Shown: positions 9,228 through 19,752, counted from the stretch's first letter. The stretch: 64,000 bases of DNA from an uncultured Caulobacterales bacterium (GCA_937923115.1 CAKZTE010000085.1:4923-68922); one strand, 5' to 3'. Numbers and translations are program-made. Notes: generated by a model from the sequence alone, not told the origin.

Positions 9228-10232
9228 TTACCTTAGGTAATTGCTCAGGCTGAGGCCTGAAATTCGCGAGGTGATAATATAGCTGCTCTCCAGAGCGACT
9301 TCTAATTGCTTAAGTTCTGAGGCAGCTTCATATTGATCGCGCCCAACTAAGTTTTGATAGGCCGTGGTGAGCGAGGCCTTTTCAGCCTGCTGGCGCTCTT
9401 GCGCGCGGCCGAGGCTTTCTTGCAAAATCCCTAAACGGCCTTCGGTTTCTATCAACCCGCTCTCGGCATTGCCCGCAACGTCCGCACCGGCTTTAAAGAC
9501 CTGACGAAAGCCGTCTTTATCCAACGGGGCGTCTGCCGCCGTCGCTAAGGTCACGAGTCCGCGTAACGAGTCGCGAAAGGCTTTATCGTCTCCGCGAAGA
9601 GACATCTCCAAGGTTTGGCCATCGCCAATATTGATAGGCGGCGCGGCGCGGTCTGAGCCTTTATAAATGTTGGTTTGAAATCCGCCTGTGGGGCTTTCAA
9701 AATAGGTTTCAATCGCGGATTCAATTTCGTCCGCGGACCCTGCTGTTTGCATGATATTGCGAATATCATCAAGCAGTACATCAGGTGCCGCAAATGTCAG
9801 CTGATCTGTGGCCGCGCCCGATAAAAGATTACGGCTGCCTTGCTGTACATTAAGCGCGCCCATGACGCTGCGAAGATTGCCTTCGGCTTCGTCAGCCAAG
9901 ATATTAGCCCCCGCCGCGCCGCCGTTTTCTAGCGCCACAACCGCGCGCGTGCCAATGCCGTTCATTGCTGTTCGCGCGCCGCTCACAGCGCCAGTTGTCA
10001 TATCAAGGCGCGTTTTTGACATCGCGCCCAGACGCGCGCCTTGGTCGATATCAGAGAGCGCTTTAAAGATAATATGGGCTTGACCCGTGAGACCATTGGT
10101 CGCTTTGGTTATGTCCGCCTGTACGCCCGTCACAGCTTCGCGCGAGACAATATCTAGACGGGCTTTTAGCCCCCCAATCGTGCGGTTACGCTGGGTGAAG
10201 CCAAGCAAATCTGGAAATCCTTGCAAACGCAT
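9228..10232 (-). CDS. flgL: Hook-filament junction protein FlgL (flagellin family)
   Basis: C-terminal D.YEAASELKQLEVALESSYIITSRISGLSLSNYLR; follows flgK. Confidence 0.88.
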   Translation of the reverse strand: MRLQGFPDLLGFTQRNRTIGGLKARLDIVSREAVTGVQADITKATNGLTGQAHIIFKALSDIDQGARLGAMSKTRLDMTTGAVSGARTAMNGIGTRAVVALENGGAAGANILADEAEGNLRSVMGALNVQQGSRNLLSGAATDQLTFAAPDVLLDDIRNIMQTAGSADEIESAIETYFESPTGGFQTNIYKGSDRAAPPINIGDGQTLEMSLRGDDKAFRDSLRGLVTLATAADAPLDKDGFRQVFKAGADVAGNAESGLIETEGRLGILQESLGRAQERQQAEKASLTTAYQNLVGRDQYEAASELKQLEVALESSYIITSRISGLSLSNYLR

Positions 10233-10241
10233 TATTGCCTC

Positions 10242-11711
10242 CTAAAGCTGTAGTAAGCGGTCAAGCATATCGCTGACGGTTTGAATAACGCGGGCATTGG
10301 CGGCATAGGCTTGTTCTATGATAAGCATGTTTTGCAGCTCGTAATCTGTATCCACGCCTGAGGCTTGTATTTCGGCATCGCTTAAGACGCTGGCGCGAGT
10401 GTCCGCTGCAACGGCGAGGCTTTCATGACGGATACGGTTTTCGCCAAACATAGACGAAACTTGCGCCACAAGATCGCTTGAGCTGTGCGTGCCAGTAAGT
10501 TTTGACCCAGACGGCGCGCCGTTCGCTGCGGTCATGGCGTCTACGAGGTTTGTTAAAATTTCCGACTCCCCCGTGAGACCTGTTGTCACGGCGCCGAGAC
10601 CATCGCGAAAGCGCGTTGCGCTCCCGCCTTGGGACGGATCAATCGCGGCATTGAGTTGCAGCCGGCCCGCAAGGCCCGCCGTATTGGCCGGATCAAAGGG
10701 GCCGCCCGCATCCGTGAAGATACCCGGCCCTCCGGCGGCTTTAGTTGGGTCAAGCCCATCATCAGAAAAACGCGAGATGAGGTCGCCCGCTAAAGCATCA
10801 ATTTCGGCTTGAAACTCTGTTCCGACAGTGTCGCGAATACTAAAATAACCTGAGAGCTTTCCGCTGCTGAGGCCAAAATTGCCGTTTTCAGCAGGCGTTA
10901 GATTTTGATCTCCGACAAAAAGCCCTGATAGGCCCGTGCCATCCGAACGATACACGCTATCAGCAGTCACGACACTAGAGGGCTGAAATTCTAATTCTCT
11001 AACATTACCCGCCAAAAGGGTCACGCCCGTTTCGGTGATAACGTCAACCTGTCCGCTGCCGCGCGGCAAATCCTTAATCGGGATAATCTCGCCGATTGTA
11101 TCAAGCAGCCTTTGGCGTTCATCTTCTAACGTTCCAACCTCAGCTGAGCCTTCGGCACGGCCCGCAATATCGCCGTTTATATCTTGCAGACGGTAAAGCG
11201 CGTCATTGACAGTCTGTACAGACGCGCCAATTTGCTGATCAGCATTAGAGCGCATAGTCCCCGCAAAGGACGATAGATTATTAAATTGAAAGGTTAGCTC
11301 AGTGCTGGCGACGAGGACAGAATTTTGAAGCGCGGGGGACTCTGGCGTTGCCGCCAGTTCCCTAAGACTGCTCTCCAAGGCCGTATAGCCCGTAAATAGA
11401 CTATTGCTTTCGCCGGGCACGCCAAGCTCGCGGTCAATCAAGGCATAAGCATTCGCTAGAACGTCCGCCCGAGCCGTCGATCCATCCGCGTCGCGGCGAA
11501 GCCGCGACACGCCAACATCTTGGTGACGCTCTACCCCAATAGTGCGCACACCATTACCATATCCGGCGACAACACCTTCGGCAGAGATGGCACTGCGCCG
11601 CACATAACCAGGCGTGGACGCATTAGCGATATTGCTGGCCGTAATATCAGCGCGATAAGCGCTGTTTGAGAGGCCAGAATATGCGTTTCCGAGTGCGCGC
11701 GATAACGTCAT
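10242..11711 (-). CDS. flgK: Hook-associated protein FlgK
   Basis: ASNIANASTPGYVRR; SGVDTDYELQNMLIIEQAYAANARVIQT. Confidence 0.95.
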   Translation of the reverse strand: MTLSRALGNAYSGLSNSAYRADITASNIANASTPGYVRRSAISAEGVVAGYGNGVRTIGVERHQDVGVSRLRRDADGSTARADVLANAYALIDRELGVPGESNSLFTGYTALESSLRELAATPESPALQNSVLVASTELTFQFNNLSSFAGTMRSNADQQIGASVQTVNDALYRLQDINGDIAGRAEGSAEVGTLEDERQRLLDTIGEIIPIKDLPRGSGQVDVITETGVTLLAGNVRELEFQPSSVVTADSVYRSDGTGLSGLFVGDQNLTPAENGNFGLSSGKLSGYFSIRDTVGTEFQAEIDALAGDLISRFSDDGLDPTKAAGGPGIFTDAGGPFDPANTAGLAGRLQLNAAIDPSQGGSATRFRDGLGAVTTGLTGESEILTNLVDAMTAANGAPSGSKLTGTHSSSDLVAQVSSMFGENRIRHESLAVAADTRASVLSDAEIQASGVDTDYELQNMLIIEQAYAANARVIQTVSDMLDRLLQL

Positions 11712-11748
11712 GTGGGTTCCTTTAGCTGAGAGCTATTGCGTTAAAAAT

Positions 11749-13059
11749 CTATCGTTTTAGATTTGTGGTTTCTTGCAGCATCTCATCGACGGTTTGGATG
11801 ATTTTGGCATTTGACGAGTAAGCCCGCTGCGTTTCAATCAACTGCGTCAATTCTTGTGCAATATCGGTATTGGATTCCATCAAGGCATAACCCGCAAAGT
11901 CACCCGCGGCGCCTTTGCCAGCATCCCAAAAATAGAGATCACCACTATCCGCTGATACGCGGTAGGCTTGATTGCTCACCGCCTCTAATCCATTCACATT
12001 CGGAACGTCAGCGACAGGCACTTGGAACAATGTGCGCCGAGATCCAGAATTATAGACCGCTTCAACAAAGCCTTGTTGATTAATTTCTACGCCTTGTAAG
12101 TTACCAATAGGCGAGCCGTCTTTAACGATATTGGTTGGCGAGAAAGGCGCGGCCAATTGCGTCAAACCCGTCGTTTCGCCAACAATGCCGACAAATGTCG
12201 TAATCGGCCCGCTCGCGACATTTATCGTTATTTCGCCTGTTGCGCCATCATATGCCAGGCCAGCGCCTGGTGTGACACTCGCTATAGAACCGCCTGGCGC
12301 GGTACCCAAACCATCATCAAACCCGACGGTAAAATCTCCAATCGGAACATTTGGATCACCAGCGCTGTCGGCAATGCTTACATTCCAGCTATTACTCACA
12401 CCGGTCGCTGGAACATTAGGCGTAAATGTAAACGTCACTTGCTGCGCCAGTCCTAAAGTATCGAAATACTCAACAGGCAGTGTGAAAGACTCGCCGGTTC
12501 CTCCGGCAAGTGTATTTTCTGCGGGCAAGTTCATGCCAAGGCTGATGTTCCGTGTTGGCGTTGCTGTGAACTGACTCGCATCGACATTCACAGGAACAAG
12601 ACTGCCGGTGCTATCGCGGCTGCCGGCGGATACAACGCCCGCGCTGTCAACGGGCCAGCCTAAAAGAAACAGCCCGCTCTGCGTGCGAAGGTTCCCATTT
12701 TCGTCAGCCGTAAAGCCGCCTGTCGGAACCATCATAAAATCACGTTCTGTCGCACTCTCATTGACGCCAAAAGAGTCTGTAACCGGAATCATGCCCTTAC
12801 CATTGATGGCAATATCAAGCGCGTTTCCTGTCGAGACTAGTGACCCTCCGCTGCTCACGTCTTTAAAGCTTGAGGCGCGCACGCCGCCCGCAGAATAAGC
12901 GCTTTTTTGCTGGTTAATCACCATGCTTGAGAAATCCACTTCGCTACGCTTATAGCCGTAAGTAGAAGAGTTTGCGATGTTATCGGAAATGGCCGCTAGG
13001 CGCGTTGAATTTACATTCAATCCCATGACGCCTGCATTGAGTGCGGAAGATATTGTCAT
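11749..13059 (-). CDS. flgE: Flagellar hook protein FlgE
   Basis: ISDNIANSSTYGYK; TGNALDIAING.G; LMESNTDIAQELTQLIETQRAYSSNAKII. Confidence 0.96.
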   Translation of the reverse strand: MTISSALNAGVMGLNVNSTRLAAISDNIANSSTYGYKRSEVDFSSMVINQQKSAYSAGGVRASSFKDVSSGGSLVSTGNALDIAINGKGMIPVTDSFGVNESATERDFMMVPTGGFTADENGNLRTQSGLFLLGWPVDSAGVVSAGSRDSTGSLVPVNVDASQFTATPTRNISLGMNLPAENTLAGGTGESFTLPVEYFDTLGLAQQVTFTFTPNVPATGVSNSWNVSIADSAGDPNVPIGDFTVGFDDGLGTAPGGSIASVTPGAGLAYDGATGEITINVASGPITTFVGIVGETTGLTQLAAPFSPTNIVKDGSPIGNLQGVEINQQGFVEAVYNSGSRRTLFQVPVADVPNVNGLEAVSNQAYRVSADSGDLYFWDAGKGAAGDFAGYALMESNTDIAQELTQLIETQRAYSSNAKIIQTVDEMLQETTNLKR

Positions 13060-13214
13060 AATTAGTCCTTAATATTGAGCAATGTGAAGTTAAGTTATCA
13101 AAACCGTCTTAAAAAAGTGTGTAATATATAATACACTATATAATATTTACATGTTTTTCACGCGGTAGCTGATGCGTTAGAATTATTCTGTTATTTATTG
13201 GCTCCTTGGCTGGC

Positions 13215-14054
13215 TTACTGCGGCTTGTGGTGCAAAAGGATAATAGAGATTCGCCGGTTTTGCGGCGCCATAGCGTCGCTTACCAAAGGCTCTGTTGAGC
13301 CCTTGCCGGACACTTCTTTGATTTGTGATTTTGGAAACCCTTGCTCGACCAAAAGACGCCGCGAGGCGTTTGCGCGATCACTGGAAAGCTCCCAATTTGT
13401 GTAGCGCGCTTGGTTTGGGAACACCCGCGCATCTGTGTGGCCAACAATTTTTACGTCATTTTTTACAGGTCCAAGCGACTCGCTAACAACAGCCAAAAGT
13501 TCGCGTAGTAAAGGTGAGGGATTGGAATTTCCGAGATTGAAAAGCGGCTCATTGTTGGAATCAATGAGTTCAATCACAAGACCTTCGTTGGTTTTTTTCA
13601 AACTTACATGCTCAAGGAGACCTGCCCCCTTGGCTTCTAGCGCTTGATTGAGATCTTTAAGCTTCTCTTCTACTTCTGCTTCTTCTTTTTGAGCTTCGCC
13701 CACGGCGTCACCGATACCTTCGGCTTTGCCTTGCTTATTACTTGTAGTTTTTGCGCCAATGCCATTTCGTGCCAGCGTGCTTTGCGCCATGACAGAGTCA
13801 CCGCTAAGAGCCCCCGCGCCGCCGCCAGAAACCGCCGCAATTGGAATATTTGGGTTAAAATAATCAGCGATACCTTTACGCTGTTCCTCGGTTGTCGCAT
13901 TCAGCAGCCACATTAACAGAAAGAAGGCCATCATCGCGGTTACGAAGTCAGCATAGGCCACTTTCCAAGCGCCGCCATGATGTCCATCCGCTGCATAGAC
14001 TTTTTTGCGCCGTATAATAATGGGTTGAATTTCATCGCTCATACTATAACTCAT
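13215..14054 (-). CDS. motB: Stator protein MotB
   Basis: HHGGAWKVAYADFVTAMMAFFLLMWL with the critical Asp; OmpA-like GHTD..NWELSSDRA..NRRI. Confidence 0.97.
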   Translation of the reverse strand: MSYSMSDEIQPIIIRRKKVYAADGHHGGAWKVAYADFVTAMMAFFLLMWLLNATTEEQRKGIADYFNPNIPIAAVSGGGAGALSGDSVMAQSTLARNGIGAKTTSNKQGKAEGIGDAVGEAQKEEAEVEEKLKDLNQALEAKGAGLLEHVSLKKTNEGLVIELIDSNNEPLFNLGNSNPSPLLRELLAVVSESLGPVKNDVKIVGHTDARVFPNQARYTNWELSSDRANASRRLLVEQGFPKSQIKEVSGKGSTEPLVSDAMAPQNRRISIILLHHKPQ

Positions 14055-14112
14055 AAGTGTATATTTCTAAAAACACTGTATGATTATAATTAAATATCCC
14101 TCTACAAACGCA

Positions 14113-14128
14113 GTTAAAATGCCGTAAA
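14113..14128 (-). promoter_or_regulatory. CtrA-type box in the motB/fliM divergent region
   Basis: Minus strand TTTA-CGGCATT-TTAAC. Confidence 0.5.
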
Positions 14129-14200
14129 TTTTTAACGAGTCAGAAAGGTTATAAATATAAGTACACCAAATAAATGCACTTTAGGTTATGTGGATAAATT

Positions 14201-15262
14201 TTGTCATCTGTTTTAAAATCAAAACTTAATAACGCCGCCCAATCAGGCGAAACGGACGGCGTTTCAGACGGCATGAAGAGCCGCCTTGAACCGTTGCAAA
14301 TTTTGCTCTGCGAGACGCTCAAAGCGATTACGCACGAAATTTTTGATCCTGCTGATGTTACGCTCGCCCCTCTCTATGCCCATGAGCTTCAAGCGGCCCT
14401 AGACACGCCTGGACTGAAATTATCATTTAGCAGCCATGATGGCGCGGCTCATTATTTTGGTGTCATTTCGCCGGCCTTTGTCACGGATTACTGTCAGCAT
14501 TCCCTTCTATTTGCGCAAGATGAGACTGCCTCAAATAAAGAGTCGGGGGATCAGGACTCTAAGAGTATTGCGAAAGAAGCCTTCAACCCCTCAATGCTAG
14601 ATTGCCTATTGATGCAGCCCACGGCGACGCAAATCGGCGAGTGTCTTGCAGAAATACTCTCATTCCCCGCGCCGATGAAAACCCAAATTGGACTGTCTTT
14701 TGACGCGCTTGATGTTGGTAAACCGGCCCTAAGAGCCATCGGTGAAGCCATCACACTAACATTAAGCATCAAGCCCCTTACAGATGATCGCGGTTCGAGC
14801 AATCAAGGACCGGAAGACCAGAGTAAGGACGGCCAAGCGCCCAGTAGGGAGCCGTTATTTATCGACTTAATATTGCCGCGCGCGCTTCTTAAAGACATGA
14901 TGCGCGCCAGCCCCGCCAAAGAGGCGAGCGCCCCCGTCCTTGACCCGGCCCATCCTTGGGCCGTGCATATGCGCCAAGCAGTGAACGCCGCCAATGTGCC
15001 CGTGCGCGCCGTTGTCGAGAGCTGCGCCATGACCGTAGCGGAATGCACGCGGCTTGAAATCGGGCAGGTCATCGCCCTGCCGGGCGTCACGCTTGATGCC
15101 GTTCAGCTTTTCATTGATATGGAAACAGGACCAAAGGCCAAAGCGCTCCCAGTGTCCTTGGCGCAAGGCTCGCTCGGTATATTTAAAAAGAACCGCGCTT
15201 TGAAAATGAACGAAGAAATTGACCCTGACTTTATTAAAGACATGAATTTACATATCATTTAA
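14201..15262 (+). CDS. fliM: Divergent FliM-like C-ring protein (C-terminal SpoA domain)
   Basis: C-terminal VPVRAVV..MTVAECTRLEIGQVIALP...QGSLG....RALKM SpoA-like domain; upstream of motA; TTG start. Confidence 0.65.
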   Translation: MSSVLKSKLNNAAQSGETDGVSDGMKSRLEPLQILLCETLKAITHEIFDPADVTLAPLYAHELQAALDTPGLKLSFSSHDGAAHYFGVISPAFVTDYCQHSLLFAQDETASNKESGDQDSKSIAKEAFNPSMLDCLLMQPTATQIGECLAEILSFPAPMKTQIGLSFDALDVGKPALRAIGEAITLTLSIKPLTDDRGSSNQGPEDQSKDGQAPSREPLFIDLILPRALLKDMMRASPAKEASAPVLDPAHPWAVHMRQAVNAANVPVRAVVESCAMTVAECTRLEIGQVIALPGVTLDAVQLFIDMETGPKAKALPVSLAQGSLGIFKKNRALKMNEEIDPDFIKDMNLHII

Positions 15263-15281
15263 CACAATCATTTGGTGCTTT

Positions 15282-15297
15282 TTAATAATTACGTAAC
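15282..15297 (+). promoter_or_regulatory. CtrA-type box upstream of motA
   Basis: TTAA-TAATTAC-GTAAC. Confidence 0.55.
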
Positions 15298-15319
15298 GCT
15301 ATAATTATAAGCCAAGAGC

Positions 15320-16186
15320 ATGAGCTCACTTGTAGGTATAATCATCACGACCATTTGCGTTTTCGGCGGATATATCCTCGCGGGGGGCAAAATGGGAATC
15401 ATTCTCCATTCTCTGCCCTTTGAGATGATGATGATCGGCGGCGCGGCCATTGGCGCTTTCGCCCTTGGCAATGACATGCACACCATCAAGGCCACGGGCA
15501 AAGATATTGCAGCCGTTTTTAAAGGCGGCAAATGGAAGAAATCTGATTATACAGACCTGCTTTGCCTGACTCATGAACTCATACGCGTGATGCGCGACAG
15601 CCCCGTTGAAATTGAAACGCATATTGAAAACCCGCAAGAGTCGTCAATATTCACGCAATATCCTAAAATTCTAGCCTCAAGTGATTTCGTTGAACTGATT
15701 TGCGATACCATTCGCTCCATGCTGATGAATTTTGATGATGTTTACCAAGTTGAAGAGCTTCTGGACAAGCAACTGGACGCGATGAAACACGAATCTTTGC
15801 ACGGCTCACACGCTTTGCAAAACATGGCTGATGCCCTACCCGCGCTCGGTATTGTAGCCGCCGTTCTCGGTGTTATCAAAACAATGGCGTCAATCGATAA
15901 GCCCCCTGAAGTTTTGGGCGGCATGATTGGCGGCGCGCTTGTGGGGACATTCCTTGGCGTGTTTCTCGCCTATGGGTTTGTGGGTCCATTTGCCAACAAA
16001 GTGAAAGGCGTACGCGAGCAAGAACATTATTTTTATATGATGGTCAGAGAGGCACTTGTCTCCAGCCTGCATAAGAACCCGACACCAATTTGTATCGAAG
16101 TGGCCCGCCGCAGCGCGCCGCATGGTCACCGCCCCAGCTTTACCGACTTAGAGGAGTCGCTAAAATCCTTAAAGCAGGCCGCATAA
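15320..16186 (+). CDS. motA: Stator protein MotA
   Basis: GGYILAGG, PFEMMMIGGAAIGAF, ADALPALGIVAAVLGVIKTM, GALVGTFLGVFLAYG. Confidence 0.97.
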   Translation: MSSLVGIIITTICVFGGYILAGGKMGIILHSLPFEMMMIGGAAIGAFALGNDMHTIKATGKDIAAVFKGGKWKKSDYTDLLCLTHELIRVMRDSPVEIETHIENPQESSIFTQYPKILASSDFVELICDTIRSMLMNFDDVYQVEELLDKQLDAMKHESLHGSHALQNMADALPALGIVAAVLGVIKTMASIDKPPEVLGGMIGGALVGTFLGVFLAYGFVGPFANKVKGVREQEHYFYMMVREALVSSLHKNPTPICIEVARRSAPHGHRPSFTDLEESLKSLKQAA

Positions 16187-16188
16187 TT

Positions 16189-18129
16189 ATGAAGGGCCAT
16201 CAAATCAGTTTTGTCCCTGCTCGGCGCGCGCTTACCCGCGCGGTCTTGCTTGGCTCTGCGCTGATTACCGCCTGCGTGCTCCCCGCAAATACTGCCCACG
16301 CCTCTGATGCCGCCCAAAAAACAAAGCCGCCCCAGTCTGACGCTGTAAACTCCTTAAGATCCATACTCAAGGACGCCGTAGAGAAAGGACTTTTGGACAC
16401 AGATGAAGGGTCGCCGCAAGACCAAAGCACGCCGTCCAAAGACAGCCCCCAAGACGGAACTGGGCCCAGCTCTGCGCGACATATACCGTCCACGCTTTCT
16501 GTAGATAAAACAGCTAAAGATAAAGCCTCCACAATCAATTGCAAAGCAGCCCAATCTGCCATGATTACAGATTTCGCCAACGTCACTAAATTTGATGACG
16601 TGATTGCGGCCAAGGTCAATTTGGGCGGCGGCGGCATAGACGCCAGCGCGCCCGAAGACATGCGGGCGGTTATTCTTAGCTACCTCGCCCTTGCTCTTGG
16701 CACCGAAGCCTTGGCGCTTTCTGAGCGCACAGATGAGGCGCTTCTGGCTTTGCTCTCGCGTATTGTTGAAGGCGGCGTAAGCGGGGACGACTTATCAACA
16801 ATTAAGCCGTATAGCGCCTGCCACAACAGTTTTCGTATTTGGCATTTAGCGGCAGAGCTATCGCGCCCCGAAGGCGCAGCGTCCCAAGCCGTCATAACCG
16901 AGGAAGATTATGCGGCTTTGTCCAAATTTCCGCCAAAATTGCAAGATCATTTTGCGATAATATTTGCCATTCACGCCGCGAGAACGGGCGACATGCTGAG
17001 CGCGAAACGCTACCTCAACAAACGCTTTCCCAATACGAAATATGGTGACACCCCAGAACGCAAAGACGAGGATATCCTCTTTCTTTACGCTCTGATTTTA
17101 CAAAGCAATAATGATACGCGTTTTACAGAAATATTCTCCCATATCGCTGCGGGAACAGGACTGCTTAAAACACAGGCCTTAAAAGCCCTTGCGGATGACG
17201 CGGCCCAATCAGGGCGCGCGCTGCCAGCAGATTTTGAAAGTGATCTCACCGCGATTAATGTTCAATATGGCGACGGGGTTGAGGCTAAGACCGCGGCGCT
17301 AGAGCTAGTGAAGTTTCGCCTTGGACAAAACCAATATCAAGACGCGATCAACACAGCCAAAGTTCAATTTGTCCAACAAGACGCCATGCGGCTTGAGAGC
17401 GTGAGCCTGATTGGCGATAAATTATTAGTTGAATTCGCCAGCGAGTTTAATGATCGCCGCCTTTACGCGCTGAGCGGCTATTTCCATGACCCCGTGTTTT
17501 TTGACAGCCATCCAAAGGCCTTTGACCTGACCCTGCAAGCGCATGACACAGCGGCGGCGCTGCGCTTACCAGAGCTGGCCCAGCGCTTATTGCCAAAACT
17601 GCAAAGCTTTAAAAAAGAGGCGGGCCAAAAAAGCGCGGTGGAAAACAGCGTAAAGCTCGCGCAGGCGCAGCTAGCCTATAAAGCGTCCCAATATGCGGAT
17701 GTGGTCTCAATGCTTAAGGACGTGAAAGGCGGCGCGCGTTTTGACACGCTTCGCAAAAATGCGGCGCTGGCGTCTAATGATCGCGCCTTAGCGCAAACCG
17801 TCTTAGCCAGCCTTCCTGCCAGCGCGCAGCGCGATGAAGATTATCTCGCGTTCACCTTACAAAAAGGCCTGTGGAACGAATCCAAATTGCAGGCCAAAAC
17901 GATTGTGGCCAAAGGCAAGCTGGGCGAGAACCCCGAGAGCGCGGCGCAGGCGCCTCTGCCCTTTGCTTTTTCAGTGGAGCTTTTGGATTACCTGACCGCG
18001 CCCGGCGCGGCAGACGCCTTAGCCGCCCTTCCCGATAATTCAGCCGAGCTAGAGGCTCTGCTGCTTACCCTCAAATCGAATACAAATGTTGCGAAAGGAT
18101 TTCTCAACTATGACAGTTCTAGCCCCTAA
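16189..18129 (+). CDS. Secreted alpha-helical (TPR-like) protein co-transcribed with motA and flgF, function unknown
   Basis: ATG 2 nt after the motA stop; signal peptide ending ANTAHA; Ala/Leu-rich helical-repeat pattern; 646 aa. Confidence 0.6.
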   Translation: MKGHQISFVPARRALTRAVLLGSALITACVLPANTAHASDAAQKTKPPQSDAVNSLRSILKDAVEKGLLDTDEGSPQDQSTPSKDSPQDGTGPSSARHIPSTLSVDKTAKDKASTINCKAAQSAMITDFANVTKFDDVIAAKVNLGGGGIDASAPEDMRAVILSYLALALGTEALALSERTDEALLALLSRIVEGGVSGDDLSTIKPYSACHNSFRIWHLAAELSRPEGAASQAVITEEDYAALSKFPPKLQDHFAIIFAIHAARTGDMLSAKRYLNKRFPNTKYGDTPERKDEDILFLYALILQSNNDTRFTEIFSHIAAGTGLLKTQALKALADDAAQSGRALPADFESDLTAINVQYGDGVEAKTAALELVKFRLGQNQYQDAINTAKVQFVQQDAMRLESVSLIGDKLLVEFASEFNDRRLYALSGYFHDPVFFDSHPKAFDLTLQAHDTAAALRLPELAQRLLPKLQSFKKEAGQKSAVENSVKLAQAQLAYKASQYADVVSMLKDVKGGARFDTLRKNAALASNDRALAQTVLASLPASAQRDEDYLAFTLQKGLWNESKLQAKTIVAKGKLGENPESAAQAPLPFAFSVELLDYLTAPGAADALAALPDNSAELEALLLTLKSNTNVAKGFLNYDSSSP

Positions 18130-18164
18130 ATCTATGATAGCGGCCACAGCTCAGGCGGCGCGTC

Positions 18165-18917
18165 ATGGATAATCCGATTTATGTGAGCCTGTCTCGCCAA
18201 TCTGGCCTGATGCGCGAATTACGCGTGATCGCCAATAATATCGCCAATAGCGATACCACAGGCTTTAAACGCGAAAGCGCCGTGTTTAGTGAATATGTTC
18301 ACAATCTCAGCACACCAGAAACCACTTTAAACGCCGGACGCGGCGCGCCGCAAAGCTCGATTTCAATGGGCCGCCTGGCCGCCCATGCCAGTGATTTTGA
18401 AAGCGGCTCCTTGCGCCAAACGGGCGGTTCATTGGATGTCGCGATTGACGGCGAAGGCTTCTTCACAGTCGAGACGCCGCAAGGCGAGCGCCTGACGCGC
18501 GCGGGGCATCTCATGACCGATTCAGAAGGCACGCTGATACAGCATAGCGGCTATCCCGTGCTCGATGACGGCGGCGGACGCATCCAAATCCCCCAAGACG
18601 TGAACCTTCTGGCGATTGGCGGGGACGGCACAATTAGCGCAGACGGCGTTGAAATTGCTCGGATTGCCATGGTGACCACAGACCCCACGCAGCTTGTCCG
18701 CGACGGCGATAATTTTTGGACAGCCGGCGCGCCAACTCAGCCGCTAGAGGCGCCGCGCCTGATGCAAGGTTTTCTTGAGGGCTCCAATGTGCAGCCCGTT
18801 AATGAAATTGCCCGCATGATCGAAGTGCAGCGCCATTACGAAGCGGGGCAGAAACTTATGGATATTGAAAATGACCGCATAAAATCCGTGATTAGCACCA
18901 TACGCCAAATCGCTTAA
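18165..18917 (+). CDS. flgF: Basal-body rod protein FlgF
   Basis: IANNIANSDTTGFK; TGGSLDVAIDGEGFF; LTRAG; LEGSNV. Confidence 0.93.
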   Translation: MDNPIYVSLSRQSGLMRELRVIANNIANSDTTGFKRESAVFSEYVHNLSTPETTLNAGRGAPQSSISMGRLAAHASDFESGSLRQTGGSLDVAIDGEGFFTVETPQGERLTRAGHLMTDSEGTLIQHSGYPVLDDGGGRIQIPQDVNLLAIGGDGTISADGVEIARIAMVTTDPTQLVRDGDNFWTAGAPTQPLEAPRLMQGFLEGSNVQPVNEIARMIEVQRHYEAGQKLMDIENDRIKSVISTIRQIA

Positions 18918-18965
18918 CGCAGACCCTAAACGGGCCTAGCCGCCCTTACTGAAAGGAAGTTCAGG

Positions 18966-19751
18966 ATGAACGCTCTTAGAATTGCTGCCACTGGAATGGC
19001 CGCCCAACAAACCCGCGTCGATGTGATTTCAAATAACATCGCCAATATGAGCACCACGGCCTATAAGCCGCGCGTCGCAGAATTTGCTGACCTGCTCTAT
19101 CAACAGCATCTCGCGCCTGGCGCCGTTTCGAGCGCAACAGGCAATATCGTACCTGCGGGCATCCAAATGGGTATGGGCGTACGCACGTCGACTGTCTCGG
19201 TTGAGATAACACAAGGCAGCCTTAGCCCCACAGGCGGCGATCTTGATTTAGCGATTGAAGGCCGTGGCTATTTTGAAATTACCCTCCCCAGCGGCGAGGC
19301 CGCCTATACGCGCGACGGAAAGTTCTACCGTAACGCCGAAGGTCTTGTCGTCAATTCCGATGGCTATGAGCTGGCCGATAATATCACTATTCCCAATGAA
19401 ACGCGGCGGCTCACGATTGCGCTAGACGGCGAAGTGACCGCTTATTTTGACAATGCCGCAGAAGGGCAGAATATCGGCACGATTTCCATGACGGTCTTTG
19501 CCAATGCCAAAGGCCTCGAAGCGATGGGCGGTAATTTGTTTCGCGAAACGGCCGGCTCCGGCGCGCCTATTATCGGCGATCCTGGCACAGAAGGCATTGG
19601 CCAAATGCGCCAAGGCTATCTGGAGGATTCAGGCGTTGATGTGGTTGAGGAAATTTCAGAGCTTATCGAAGCCCAGCGCGGCTATGAACTTAATTCCAAA
19701 GTCATTACGGCCGCAGATGAAATGTACTCTGCTACAACGCGGATTCGCTAA
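18966..19751 (+). CDS. flgG: Distal rod protein FlgG
   Basis: AATGMAAQQTRVDVISNNIAN; FADLLYQ; YTRDG; LIEAQRGYELNSKVI. Confidence 0.97.
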   Translation: MNALRIAATGMAAQQTRVDVISNNIANMSTTAYKPRVAEFADLLYQQHLAPGAVSSATGNIVPAGIQMGMGVRTSTVSVEITQGSLSPTGGDLDLAIEGRGYFEITLPSGEAAYTRDGKFYRNAEGLVVNSDGYELADNITIPNETRRLTIALDGEVTAYFDNAAEGQNIGTISMTVFANAKGLEAMGGNLFRETAGSGAPIIGDPGTEGIGQMRQGYLEDSGVDVVEEISELIEAQRGYELNSKVITAADEMYSATTRIR

Positions 19752-19752
19752 G

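Noticed and set aside
16090-16188. N-terminal extensions in the ORF track (also fliL to 3214, flgA from 19498, peptidase from 37360, nitrilase to 44388)
   Set aside because: They overlap neighbouring genes or promoters; downstream ATGs give proper signal peptides or RBS
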